This document shows, piece after piece, positions 23,413 to 36,285 of a DNA stretch of 64,000 bases; position 1 is the stretch's first letter; every line of letters begins with the position of its first letter. The position numbers were made by a program, and so were the translations under genes. Location: positions 22,467,695-22,531,694 of the forward strand of contig NC_069002.1 in NCBI RefSeq assembly GCF_001194135.2. The letters run 5' to 3'. The notes beneath the pieces are model-generated. The model was not told the origin of the DNA and did no database searches. It saw only the letters and a list, made by a program, of their open reading frames with translations. This DNA is from Octopus bimaculoides. Taxonomy: Eukaryota.

Positions 23413-23631
23413 CTCTTTCGTTACTGTATTTATTTTGAGATGTGCTGTTTTTCTCTCAATTATTTTAAATATAACAAAGAATTTAGTAAAATAACTTAGT
23501 TATCGTTAAGCTAGTGTTAGGAACATAAATAAATTGTCACTAAAATTTGGTGGAAGATTTTAATTCAAAACTTATGAAAACAAGACATTTGTACTACAGA
23601 GCCGGTTTCAGCCGGGTTGGTAACGGAAGGG
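23413..23631. mobile_element. piggyBac-type MITE with TTAA target duplication
   Basis: TTAA-ctctttcgttact ... ggtaacggaaggg-TTAA. Decayed relatives in the opposite orientation at ~34560-34800 and ~42940-43110. Confidence 0.8.
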
Positions 23632-23888
23632 TTAATGACAACAACCAGAAATAGCAGATGACCACCATTGTCTTTATTTGCTATTTGCTTTCCAGTCTGG
23701 CATGGGTTAGATACAATGAATATGAAATACTTTGAAATGCATAACAAATCCTAACCATCTTTTGTTTTAATGTTTGCCTCAAACAAAGTGTGGACAAATT
23801 GTAGCATTGGAAATGGCTGGGAAAAGAATTAAGGGCTATGGTGAAAGCAAACAGCAGCCATTTTGAATAGTAAATATGTGTAAAATAC

Positions 23889-24155
23889 CATCATCATCAT
23901 CATCGTTTAAAGTCCACTTTCCATGCTGGCACGGGTTGGATGGTTATACTGAGGACTGGCAAGCCAGAAGGTTGTACCAGGCTCCAGTCTGATCTGGCAA
24001 GGTTTCTACAGCTGGATGCCCTTCCTAATGCCAACCACTCTGAGAGTATAGTGGGTGCTTTTTATGTGCCACTGGCATGGGAGCCATTCAGGCGGCACTG
24101 GCAACGACCATGCTCAAGTGATGCTTTTTTTACATGGTACGGGCACGTAAAAAGC
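23889..24155 (-). mobile_element. RTE-LINE 3' end fragment (diverged)
   Basis: catcatcatcgtttaaagtccactttccatgctggc...ctggatgcccttcctaatgccaaccac. Confidence 0.85.
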
Positions 24156-24602
24156 CCATAAATATAAAAAAAGAACCCGTAAACTTTCATTAGCCAAAGC
24201 CTAAAACATTTTATTTTATGATAAAATGAATAATGGATATGGCATACCCAGAAGATTAACTAAAAGAGCAATCTTTAATCGTTAATATAAAAAACATTTT
24301 AGAAATGTAGAGGTTAAGTGGCTTAAATGCTCTAATGGAGACAGCAGAACAAGTTTTATCTCTCAGTTGACTGCATGTGGTGTAAGGAGCTGAACTTAGT
24401 ACAGTGAGATAACAAAACAATCACTGAGTATAGAACAACAGACTTGTTTACAAAGAGATGTACCTATACAGGGTCACAGACAGTATAGCACATGGTAAGA
24501 AGAATATGTCATTGCTCGTCTTCTTAACCATCAGAAACGGTTACAGTAATGTGAGGAATGTAGAACTAAAACAAAACAAAAAACATTATAAACAAATTCT
24601 AC

Positions 24603-24669
24603 CTTGGAGCTGCATGTTGCGCATCTCTTGCTCTTTCCGTTGCAATTCTGCTGCTTTTCTTTCCAGCTC
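24603..24669 (-). CDS. SCAMP: SCAMP coding exon, coiled coil: ELERKAAELQRKEQEMRNMQLQ(G)
   Basis: Acceptor ctctcttttttttaacag|GAG, donor AAG|gtagaa; 67 nt, phase 0/1. ELERKAAEL is a SCAMP hallmark. Confidence 0.95.
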
Positions 24670-25686
24670 CTGTTAAAAAAAAAGAGAGAACTGTGAATGT
24701 CTGAAAAAGAAGACATCCTGACAGTAATGACATTAGAAGTGAGAAGATTAGAAAACAGGAATCTGAGAGACAAAGACAAATCTAATTTATGGTGGTGAAG
24801 GGGTTTATCCAGCTTGCCTTTATTACAGATGGTAACGAGCTGCATTATTTACTGCTATTCCCTTGTTTCTTAATCAGGTTACACCTAATTTTCCCACGTA
24901 ATCATCACTAAACCACAATATACTTGTCTGAAGGAAATTCAAATAACAATGAATAAAAGACACAAGCAGACTGTTGCAGTAAGCAGTGTCAAGAATGGTG
25001 AGGTTACTATGTCTCATCTCAACTTGGTATTCTGGGAGGTGGGGGAGGGGTTAACACTAATGAATCATCATCATCATCATTTAATGTCCATTTTTGCATA
25101 GGTCAGATGGGATCTGTAGAAATGGATTTTCTAAGGCTGGATGCCTTTCCTTGTTACCAACCCTCACCTGTTTCCAGGTAAGGTAATATTTCCCAACGGC
25201 CAGGCATGAATGCAGAGAATAAACAGATTGAGATTGTATGAAGAAGAGGAGAAATAGGATTAGAGAGGGAAAGTTATCATCATCATCATCATCAGTGTTT
25301 CAGGCCTGTAAAGGTGTTGTTGTTAGGAAGGGTATCCAGTTGTAGAAACTATGCCAAAACTGACAAATAGATCCTGGTGCAGTCTTCTGGCTTGCTAGCT
25401 CCTGTCAAACCGTCCAACTCATGCCAGCATGGAAAATGGGCATTAAATGATGATGAAGATATCATATATATTTATTAATATGTAGCAAAAGCAACAGAGT
25501 GACTCAAGGGCCAAGATTTTCATACACTGGCACTTATCAAACTAGTTACAGATGAAAAAGCCATGGATTTATATAGCTGGTGAAAAATTATATTGGTCTA
25601 GAAAAAGCTATAACAATTACAATGCCACATGGATAATTCATATTTTTCAAATAGTTTGCCCATCAAGGAGAATCTCTGCACACATT

Positions 25687-25734
<48 letters not shown>

Positions 25735-27212
25735 CAGCTATTGAAATCCATCTTATATGGTGCTATAAGCCTCCTCTATAAACATTTCTTTAGAACTCTT
25801 GAAACAAGTTTTCCTTATTATTTCTCTGACTTTTAAATCCATCATTAAGATCTCTCACTGCCATCGATGTATCTTATAACTTTTAATTCTTTATTCAACA
25901 TTTTTAATCTTAAATTTAATATGATTTTTAATCAATGTATCACTCTTTTAACCATTTCAGGTATATTTTTACCTCATGTATTTCTATGAACTTAGCTGTT
26001 CTTTCTAGCGTGAGGGAATCCTATGATGGATACCTCTTATGTGCTTAAATGTACACTGTATTTATATTCTAAATAATATATAGCTATGTTTCTTTCTTGG
26101 TGATTTATTGTGTTTTATGTATTATGTTGGGGTAAATCATAACTATAGGTTGATTATCTAAATTTTGTCTCTTCTTAAACCAAGTTATACAATATATATA
26201 TATATATATANNNNNNNNNNNNNNNNNNNNNNNNNNNNNNNNNNNNNNNNNNNNNNNNNNNNNNNNNNNNNNNNNNNNNNNNNNNNNNNNNNNNNNNNNN
26301 NNNNNNNNNNNNNNNNNNNNNNNNNNNNNNNNNNNNNNNNNNNNNNNNNNNNNNNNNNNNNNNNNNNNNNNNNNNNNNNNNNNNNNNNNNNNNNNNNNNN
26401 NNNNNNNNNNNNNNNNNNNNNNNNNNNNNNNNNNNNNNNNNNNNNNNNNNNNNNNNNNNNNNNNNNNNNNNNNNNNNNNNNNNNNNNNNNNNNNNNNNNN
26501 NNNNNNNNNNNNNNNNNNNNNNNNNNNNNNNNNNNNNNNNNNNNNNNNNNNNNNNNNNNNNNNNNNNNNNNNNNNNNNNNNNNNNNNNNNNNNNNNNNNN
26601 NNNNNNNNNNNNNNNNNNNNNNNNNNNNNNNNNNNNNNNNNNNNNNNNNNNNNNNNNNNNNNNNNNNNNNNNNNNNNNNNNNNNNNNNNNNNNNNNNNNN
26701 NNNNNNNNNNNNNNNNNNNNNNNNNNNNNNNNNNNNNNNNNNNNNNNNNNNNNNNNNNNNNNNNNNNNNNNNNNNNNNNNNNNNNNNNNNNNNNNNNNNN
26801 NNNNNNNNNNNNNNNNNNNNNNNNNNNNNNNNNNNNNNNNNNNNNNNNNNNNNNNNNNNNNNNNNNNNNNNNNNNNNNNNNNNNNNNNNNNNNNNNNNNN
26901 NNNNNNNNNNNNNNNNNNNNNNNNNNNNNNNNNNNNNNNNNNNNNNNNNNNNNNNNNNNNNNNNNNNNNNNNNNNNNNNNNNNNNNNNNNNNNNNNNNNN
27001 NNNNNNNNNNNNNNNNNNNNNNNNNNNNNNNNNNNNNNNNNNNNNNNNNNNNNNNNNNNNNNNNNNNNNNNNNNNNNNNNNNNNNNNNNNNNNNNNNNNN
27101 NNNNNNNNNCGATGAGAGAGATAAATTCTTGGCAACCTTATGTATCTTTTTCCAGTGAAATTATTCACTGATATCGAAAAAGTGAAAACAAGCAATGTTA
27201 ATTCTCTAAATT

Positions 27213-27307
27213 AGGTATTAACAGTAACTGCACGATAAAGTGTAGTATATTGCCACTTAAATGTGGCTGACCCACTTCACTTTATCGTGCAGTTACTGTT
27301 AATACCT
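27213..27307. repeat. Perfect 30-bp inverted repeat with 35-nt spacer containing a small inner hairpin
   Basis: aggtattaacagtaactgcacgataaagtg (27213-27242) and cactttatcgtgcagttactgttaatacct (27278-27307); the spacer holds gccac-ttaaat-gtggc. Confidence 0.95.
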
Positions 27308-27334
27308 GGGGTTACATATATATATATATATACT

Positions 27335-27730
27335 TTTAATTTTTTGTTTCAGTCATTTGATTGCGGCCATGCTGAAGCACCAACTTTTGTCGAGCAAATC
27401 AACCCCAGGATTTATTTATTGTAAACCTAGTACTTATTCTATCAGTCTCTTTTGCCAACCCGCTAAGTTACAGTGATGCAAAGGCACCAGCATTGGCTGT
27501 CAAGTGATGTTGCTGAGGGGCAAACGCAGACACACATACACACACACATATATATATATTATATATACACTTACACTCTTTTATTCTTTTACTTGTTTCA
27601 GTCATTTGACTGTGGCCATGCTGGAGCACCGCCTTTAGTCGAACAAATCGACTCCAGGACTTATTCTTTGTAAGCCTAGTACTTATTCTATTGGTCTTTT
27701 GCCAGACTGCTAAGTTATGGGATGTAAATA
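27335..27730 (-). mobile_element. Two tandem 3' halves of the composite SINE seen at 42048
   Basis: gtttcagtcatttgactgtggccatgctggagcaccgcctttagtcga...aagcctagtacttattctat, rc of 42320-42440. Confidence 0.8.
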
Positions 27731-27818
27731 TACTAATGAAGCAGTTGTTTTACAGCTGGTTTACTGTCCCTTCTATGTATCATTACCAAGTGACAGTAGC
27801 ATTTTTTTTTCTTCTTTG

Positions 27819-27859
<41 letters not shown>

Positions 27860-29173
27860 AATAAGCCAGACAAGTGTAACAGCAATGTAGATGATTTAAT
27901 ACTGATCATGCAGGAGGTCACTTCCCAGATAGCTGGGCTGCTGGAACAATTCCCAGTAAGGAAGACAGAAAGGTAAACAATGCAAAAAATAAAATAAAAA
28001 ATAAAAGAGAGAGTAGGGAGTAAAAACAAGAGTGCCCTGATCACAGAACAGAGACTATGAGGCTATGAAATTGAGTGGCCACTCATGAAGCCATTGTCCT
28101 GAGTATGAGCAGCAAGAGGTGACAGTCATATTTTAATGAGCACATGCAAAAGGTGAATACACTGTTGTACCTGATACAGTGAACAGGTGAGATTGGAGGG
28201 TGGTGGGGGTGGAGATAACAACATCAGCAGCATTAGTAGTAGTAGTAGTAATGGTAGTAATGGTATTAACTATAATTCCATCAAATAATGCTAAATCAAT
28301 AAATAAATAAATAAAAAAGGGAAGAATCCATCTGGAAGGAGGCAGAACTATTGATCTTCCATGCAATGATACAGCAACATTGTTGACCGACATTTACAAA
28401 TGGACAAGAGGTAAGTAGGTTGGTCAGATAGCCCAGTCTAGTTTGTTGAAAGAGAGAGAGACTGTAACTAGTATTGACTGCTGGCTAATGAAGTACTATC
28501 AGTAGAGTGTGGTAGTGGGGGGAGGTAATTAGAGATTAGAGGAACAGATGACAAGAGAAAACAGTAGCAGATTAAAAACTAAAGCTAAAACAGCAACTAT
28601 TTTTGTTTGTGTATAAGGTTACACCACAGTGGCACTGGCCAGGCTAGATAGTCCCTTTTGTGTGTGTGTGTGTNNNNNNNNNNTACACTTTATGCATTAG
28701 TTCAAATAAATTATTGTTATTATTATCAGCTTCTGGTCAGCTCTGACACAGCAGACCTGTAATCAAAGGGGTTACAGCCTTCACCATCCAGCTCCCCCAA
28801 CACACTGCAGGCAAAGTCTATCTTAGACAATGTTATCTAATTCTATTTTGCTTTAGGGAGATTTAGCTGCTATTTCTATGAGGCTGAGCAACTATATAGA
28901 TCAACCATGAACCAACTATGGCCTATGAGAACTTTTTGAATAACACACCTCATGAAAAATTACCTTCTATCTTTCCTAGCGGTGCAGCCCACTTCATGAT
29001 GAGCCATGTCTCATTTGGCCCATTTCTCATGAAAGGTTGTGCATGCCTGACATAGAGACTTCTTCACTAACCAAACTAAATATAAGTAACAAGTAGAAGT
29101 GGTTTAATTAAATGGTGCCATCACATGTTTAATCGATTTCATCTCAGCTGTCTTTCAAAGAAGAAGCCCTTAA

Positions 29174-29398
29174 CTCTTTAGCATTTAAACTGGCCATCTC
29201 CAGTCCAAACATTTTATCTGTTTTATGTTCAAACAAGCCACATCTGATTTCTCATACCTACCCTACAATGTCATTCTAAAAATGCAACAATCACATTGAT
29301 TACTGAACTCACAAAGCTGTGAGATAAAGCATGATTGATTCAAAACAATGTGAATAAAGAAGCATTACATTTGACAGAGTAATCTGAATGCTGAAGGG
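29174..29398. mobile_element. Second piggyBac-type MITE family with TTAA target duplication
   Basis: TTAA-ctctttagcattt ... aatgctgaaggg-TTAA. Further copies at ~32920-33140 and ~59420-59600, and one split around the RTE at 18790-20550. Confidence 0.8.
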
Positions 29399-29889
29399 TT
29401 AAATTAGAAACATGATTGCTCTGTCAGGAACTAGTTACAAGAATCAGATTTGTAATAAGTTTAAGATGTTAATATCATTGTATCTCTTTGTTTCTTTGGG
29501 AATACACACCACACAAAGCAGGGCCAATCCCTCAGGTCTGATCTGAATGTACTTTTATTGAAAGCAGGTCTCTCAACTGATTCATTAAAATCCAGATAAC
29601 ATCAGTGATGGTTTATTTCCCATAGAAATTATCATTATGTAGCCAGTAGTTGTGACACTAGACTAAAGAAGCATGGTTTACAGGTTCAAAATCATATAAT
29701 TTTTGATATATATATCCCTGTACATGACACATAACTGTTTACCTACAGACAATATTTAGTCTATTTGGATGTACTCATCTAAACTCTGAGTTCAAATCCT
29801 ATCAGAGCCAATTTCACCATTTGTTTCTTGGGGACTGATAAACTAATAAGCACAAACTGGACTGGACTGTATTGACTCTACTACTACAA

Positions 29890-30110
29890 ATATGTTCTTT
29901 TCTACTCTAGGCACAAGGTCTGAAATTTTGGGGGAGGGGGCCAATCAATTAGATCGACACAGTATGCAACTGGTACTTAATTTATCAACCCTGAAAGGAT
30001 GAAAGGCAAAGTCAACCTCGGTGGAATTTGAACTCAGAACGTAAAGACAGATGAAATACCGCAAAGCATTTTGCTCGGCGTGCTAGCGTTGCTTCCAGTT
30101 CACTGCCTAC
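29890..30110 (-). mobile_element. SINE (Meta-domain-like), well preserved
   Basis: ggtacttaatttatcaaccctgaaaggatgaaaggcaaagtcaacctcggtggaatttgaactcagaacgtaaagac. Confidence 0.85.
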
Positions 30111-30317
30111 AAATATGTTGCTCTGTGACAATGTATTATTTTTATTATTATCATCATCACCATCATCATCATCAAGTGAATAGTCAGATGGCAGAATCAT
30201 TAGATCACTAGACAAAACGCTTAGCAGCATTTCTTGTAGCTTTATGCTCTGAGTTCAAATTCTGCCAGGGTTAGCTTTAGCCATCATCCTTTCGGGGTTG
30301 ATAAAATAAGTAGCAGT

Positions 30318-30535
30318 TGTAGGGCAGGATCTATGATAGACGAACTGTAGACAGGAACATTGCTGCAGGCTAGCTAGGGAGCTGGTCTGCAGCAAAGTAG
30401 ATTTCCAGTCAAGCGGGCTTCGAAGAGACAGAAGTAACTGGTGGCTGCTGCCCTAATGTGCTTAAAGGAATAAATCTTTCACTAACACATTCTCGTCTCC
30501 ATCAGTTTATCTGTGAATAGCTCGACAAAGCTATA
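30318..30535 (+). mobile_element. Solo LTR (218 bp) with 4-bp TSD cagt, inserted into a SINE
   Basis: cagt|tgtag...ctata|cagt; AATAAA at 30469-30474. Removing it restores the SINE sequence aagtagcagtcaaacac. Confidence 0.7.
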
Positions 30536-30649
30536 CAGTCAAACACAGGAATCAATGTAATTGACTAACCCCTAACCCACTCCCCCAAAATTTCGACCAT
30601 TGTGCTTACAGCAGAAAGGACTTTTATTATTATTTCTATTATTATCAAG

Positions 30650-31070
30650 AAGACAGTGAGCTGGCAGATACCTTAGCACACTGGGCGAAATGCTTAGCAG
30701 TATTTCATTTGTCTTCAAGTTCTGAGTTCAAATTTCACTGAGGTCGACTTTGCTTTTCATCCTTTCAGGGTTGATAAAATTAGTACCAGTTACGCACTGG
30801 GGTCAATGTAATCAACTTAATCCCTTCCCCCAAATTTGAGGCCTTGTGTTTCCAGTAGTAAGGATTATTATTATTATTATTATTAAGTCAGTGAATGGCA
30901 AGGTAGCAAAATTATTAGTACAGTTGAGAAAATGTATTTCTTGCAATTCATTACATTCTGAGTTCAAATCCCACTGGGGTTGAATTTGCCTTTCATCCTT
31001 TCAGGGACAATAAATTAAGTACCAGTTGAGCATTGAGGTCAATGTAATCCACTAATCCCTTCCCTTCAAA
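30650..31070 (+). mobile_element. Two tandem SINE copies (Meta-domain-like) separated by (ATT)n
   Basis: ctgagttcaaatttcactgaggtcgactttgcttttcatcctttcagggttgataaaattagtaccag. Confidence 0.85.
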
Positions 31071-31269
31071 AATGCCCACTTATCTACATAATAGTGGCTT
31101 TGTTTTCTATGAACTGTTCCACGTCTCACCCAGAGGCCTCAAGTAACAGCAAGTTGGATGTTTTACTATGGGTGTTACTCATGGTTAGCAACAATATGTC
31201 ATGTGGAAAGAACACTAGAATCTGACAAGATTCTGTTAAATTTGTGAATTTTTCAGTTTTGATAGAGCT

Positions 31270-31625
31270 TTATGAGAATCAGGTGTTTTCAAGTTGACAA
31301 TGCTTTTTAAGGATGTAGGCAACATCCATGAGAAAAATTTCTTTGTTTAGTTCTGATGCCTTGTAATTTCTTGGTATCTGACCATAGTGTTTAAGAGTGC
31401 CTTTTGGTATTGTCCCCAAAGCTCTGATGATTACAGGTAGAGTTGTTCTTACATACCACATTTTTTAGACTTCTATTTCAAGGTCTTTATATTTAATTTT
31501 TCAAATACTTTTACAGAAGTGCTGCACTCTACAGGGACTGATACATCTATCAGCAGACATGCTTTTGTCAACGTGAGTTTTTACCACAATATCTGGTCAA
31601 TTGGCTTGTGTAGTGTGACCAGCTG
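31270..31625 (-). pseudogene. Decayed Dong/R4-type endonuclease C-terminus
   Basis: ORF 31279..31461(-) MWYVRTTLPVIIRALGTIPKG resembles the xMWxxxxxxPxxxGALGxIxK motif; rc RPDIVVK-like segment at ~31590-31610. Confidence 0.7.
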
Positions 31626-31861
31626 TGGTTGTTAATAATAACAATAATAGTAATCCTTTCTATTATAGGTACAACGCCTGAAGTTTTGAGGGAAGGGGTT
31701 AGCCAATTACATTGACACTGAAAGGATGAAAGCCAAACCTCAGCGGAATTTGAACTCAGAACATGAAGATGGACAAAATGCCCCTAAGCACTTTGCCGAG
31801 TGTGATAATGATGCTGCCAGCTCGCCACCTTAATAATAATAATGATGTTGTGAGACTTTAA

Positions 31862-32275
31862 TATTCAGACTGACACAGTAATAGAAGCTAGAAGGCCTGA
31901 TTTAGTAGAAGTAGACAAAGAGAACAGAAAGTGCTAGGTAATTGATTTTATAGTCCCAAACAATGAGAGAATCAATATGAGACGTATAGATAAAAAAGGA
32001 AAGTGCCAGGAGCTAGCTATTGAATAACTGAGACTATGAAAAGTGCAGGTAAAATGTATCCCAGTAGTTATAGGTACATTGGGAACTATCCCTAAAGATC
32101 TGAACATGTGGATAGAGGAAATAGACATAAAGCCTAGTTTAGTACAGCTCCAGATAACAGTGTTATTAGGGACAGCAAGGATACTTAGGAGGGTTCTTGG
32201 CATCTAAGGTAACTTGCTGTAGCCCGATGTTAGGATTTTTTCTTTTCCAACAGTCTTATCTGTTGTGCGTATATG

Positions 32276-32306
<31 letters not shown>
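31862..32306 (+). mobile_element. Dong/R4-type LINE 3' end (restriction-like endonuclease), decayed, ending in (TAA)n
   Basis: IEARRPDLVEVDK...VIDFIVP...IPVVIGTLGTIPKDL...VLLGTARILRRVLGI* with internal stops; flanked by TAA tracts. Confidence 0.85.
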
Positions 32307-32310
<4 letters not shown>

Positions 32311-32635
32311 CCAAGGCACACATAGCTGCTCTTGGTAGTGCAGTGAAAGCACATGATAAAAATAAGACCACTGAATAATAATAATAAAGTGAACTGGCTG
32401 AAAATGTTTTATGTGACAGTCATTTTTTATTTTTACATTTCCAGTTTCAAATTCCATCAAGGCCAGCTTTAGTTTCTCCCCACCTTTCTGGAGCCATTAA
32501 ATAAATACTGGAGTTGCTTCAATGGCTTGCACATACTTCTAAATAAATTGTGTGTAACTGTAGGCTTTTGGAAATGAACTATAAACAAAATTGTGACATA
32601 TTTCAAGTCAAGAGCCAGGCTGTGTGTATATGTGC

Positions 32636-32637
<2 letters not shown>

Positions 32638-32720
<83 letters not shown>
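32638..32720. repeat. (GA)n microsatellite, representative of many (CA)n, (AT)n, (AAT)n, (TAG)n, (CAT)n and (GAGT)n tracts
   Basis: Direct reading. Other examples: (TAG)n ~4782-4842, (GT)n 12875-12925 and ~18263-18313, (GAGT)n ~41527-41590. Confidence 0.98.
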
Positions 32721-32722
<2 letters not shown>

Positions 32723-35700
32723 TATGAACTTGGTGACAGCTGACTGATGATATTCAGAAACATTTAGGCCAAAGATACTAAACAATTTGCGTTAAATTAT
32801 ACTAATTAGTTTAATGAGTTAATGAACTGAAAGATACAAAAGAAAATTTGCACAAGAACAAGCTTTTTGCTGACATGACAGCAAGGGTTTTTCTCAAATT
32901 TATACAGTTTCCAGGCAGTTGCATTTAAACTAGCCATATCCAGCTCGAATATTCCACCGGTTTTATGTTCAAACCAGCCAGATCTGGCCTCTCTCATCTA
33001 CCCTACAATGTTATTCTAAAAAAATAAACAATCACATCACTGAAATCTCAAAGCTACAAGATAATGCAGGATTAAATTCAAAACAATGTGAATATAGAGG
33101 CATTTCATTTGACAGAGTAATCAAAATGCTAAAAGGTTGAAGGATAATTTATTGAGAGATCTAAGGGTTAAAACAAAATGACTTCAACACAACACTATCC
33201 CTTCAAATATACTCCCACACTTACAACTTTCATCCTCAGCAGTTGTAATTGTTACTCCTGGCTACCCTACCCTCATAGCGTTCAGGTTCTTTACGTGAAT
33301 ATACAGCAAACAGACCTGAACATAATCTCTAGATATTTTTAATCTTGGCAGATACTCCAAATGAAGAAATCTCAGGATCTATAATCTACTCTGGTCATAA
33401 TTCTTTTATGATTATATAGACCAGTTTAATACTATTAGACTTTCAAAATACTAGCTATAACTAACAACCATGTTTTTTTTTTTAAAAAAAAAGGACATTA
33501 AGTCATATTTCTAAAACTGAAATTATGTATGTTATTGCACCATGTTCTTCATTGCACACTAAAATTTTATTGATAACCTTGCTAAACAGAAAAGCTGAGT
33601 TAAAACCATAACACTTGCAGCACCAAAGCTGATGTAGGAAGTTAAATTATTTCTATGCTAAATTTTGAGTTTTAAAACAAAATCTTTGTATATTTAAAAG
33701 CAAACAATTACCTCCTTCCCTCCCACCCAGCAAACTTCTTACCACACAGCCATAGTTTTTTTTGTGTTATATAATCATAAATTACAATGAAGCTAATAAT
33801 GATGTCGAATACTGGCACAAGACAGTGGCAGGAACTGGTGATTACATTGATCTCGGTTCATATGGATATGGGTAATTCATTTTGTTGACTCTCAAAGGAT
33901 GGAAAGTAAAGTTGGCTCTAGCAGAATTTGATTTCAGAACATAAAAAAGCCATCTAAATACTACAAGTAATCCAGTCCCACACCACCACAACAATAATAC
34001 CTGGCTTTTCACCAGGTATTTTAGATAATCTTTCCTAATTTACAATGAGCAATTGACTGACTCTAATCTAATCGTTTAATTATTTTCTTAGTGTTTCTCT
34101 ATATTGCTAATGGAAAGAAAAAAAAAAAAAACAATTATAATTGGTATACGAGAGCTAATGTTACATTGAATTGCCATCACAGTTGTTAGCTTGGCACTAA
34201 GTTTATTGGCTTGACAAGTCATAGCCTGGACTACAGATACCCCAAATCTGTTGCTGTTCAAACTTTGAATACAAGAATATGTATTCAAATAGCAAACAAT
34301 TACAACAATTATATTGAGACAACACAGGAAACTATATTTTTGAAAATTAGAAATATAACAAAACAGTGAATCTATTGATGCTAAATAGACCGATAACACT
34401 CTCCCACCCCATACACACACACACTGGAATAACAAAGGATATGTAGTGTTTATCAAGCAACAGGGTAATCATTAAAGTTTCTACTTCCTTCAGTGTCATA
34501 AAAGACCAGGTGAGTCTGTTGCATTTCTTTCTTCAGGCAATTGACACCTGGCTAAATGTACAGGTAACTCTTTTGGTATCAACCCATCTGAAACCACACC
34601 TGGTTTTATGATAGAAACTTCTTTCTTTGAAGTGGCTTAAATTAAAACCTTCCATCAAAATCTCGTGTCAATTTAGGTTTCAAACACCTGTTTAATCATG
34701 GCAGTTATTTTATTTCCATTCTTCATCATTTCCTAAATTAAGTGAAACTAAGGCAGTGTATTTCAACAGAAATACTGTCATGAACACAGGCTCAACTTAC
34801 TCGGAGGCTCAACTCAGTGACAGCTTACCACCATTCCATAGCGGTCACTCCCATATATTTTATTAATTTTCTAATTATTTAGTCCGAGGTTCAGCTTGGT
34901 GCCATTGTGAAGAATGTACCTAGACTGCTGCAGTCCTGGGTACAAAGAATAGAGCAAACAAATGCGATTAAGGCCCAGCAGCAGGAAAAGCAAGGAAGTG
35001 AATCAAGTTTTCTTTGGTGAAGGTGATACAGAGATCACAGAAACTGTTGTAGTAGTATTAGACAAGAAAGAAGGAGTGTACATTATGTTGGTGAACAAGT
35101 GGCTGTACATAAATGGCTCTGGTGTCAGGCTTAACGATGAGCATTCCAGTGTCCAGTCAACAAAATAATTTGCCATTTCAAAAACAATGTAATTCTCACA
35201 CAGAATCAGCATTCATCAAGGTTTATAACAAAGATGGCCATTAAAATTACAATTACACTCCATTCAACAGATTTCCACACAATTTCTGTTCAATTTTGGG
35301 TCAACCCAACAAAATCATGAGACAACTGACCATGGTGCCATAAAGCGGGATTGAACCTGGCACTTCATGATTACAAAGTGAGTTTCTTAACCATTTAACC
35401 AAGCCTGCACCTACTGGGCATACTATATCTTAGAACAGGGGTCCTCAGCCACTGAATTGTACATGATTTGATACCAAACCACATGGAAACAAGAGATTTT
35501 AAAAATTTCATTTCTATTCTACTGACTATATCAGTCTGCTGGGTGTTTTTGTATTATATATGAATTATATATATATAATTATCACCATCACTTAGTGTTC
35601 ATTTTCCATGCAGGCATGGGTTACACAGTTTGACTGGAACTGATAAGCCAGAGAGTTGTACCAGGCTCCAGTCTGATTTTTGCTTGGTTTCTACAGCTGG

Positions 35701-36132
35701 ATGCCTTTCCTAACACCAACTACTCCAAGAGTGTGGTGGGTGCCTTTTACGTGTCACCGACACAGGTGCTTTTGTGTGTCACCAGCATGGGTCTCATTTA
35801 CTGTCACCAGCATAGGTACCATTCAGGTGTCACTGTCACAGGAGCCATTTACTGTCACTAGTACAGGTGCCTTCTATGTGCCATGCATTTTATTGTGTTT
35901 TGTTACGTGCATGATCTCTCTGCCTGTGGAGAAACTGTCTTGCATGAAGCTGCTCAGTGGTACAAAAAACGTTGAGAACTGCTGGGTAAGTAAAACCAAT
36001 ATCAATTCTTATTTTGAAAAAAACAAAACAAAAAAACATCAAGATTCTTGTTAGAGTATCATATATAAAGATTTGAATTAATGATCCTAATCAATTAAGT
36101 GTAAAGACACAAATCATTAATCTATCACTCAC

Positions 36133-36285
36133 CTCTTGTCTGCGCTGCAGGTCACTAGTATCTATTTTCTGTGCCCCAACAGCTGAGTATGGTGGGGCCT
36201 CCTCAGATGGGGTCATAATGGCTGGCTGTGATGCTGGTGGCTGTGAGGGTTGAGGAGCAGGAATGGTTGGCCGGGAAGCTGGAAC
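36133..36285 (-). CDS. SCAMP: SCAMP coding exon, Pro-rich linker and start of coiled coil: VPASRPTIPAPQPSQPPASQPAIMTPSEEAPPYSAVGAQKIDTSDLQRRQE
   Basis: Acceptor aattcctttcag|GTT, donor GAG|gtgagt; 153 nt, phase 0/0. QPAIMxPxEExPxY and LxRRQE resemble SCAMP1. Confidence 0.93.

Noticed and set aside
35003-35212. Ser/Thr-rich ORF on the minus strand in the intron after the Pro-rich exon
   Set aside because: No clear acceptor or donor and no recognisable homology.
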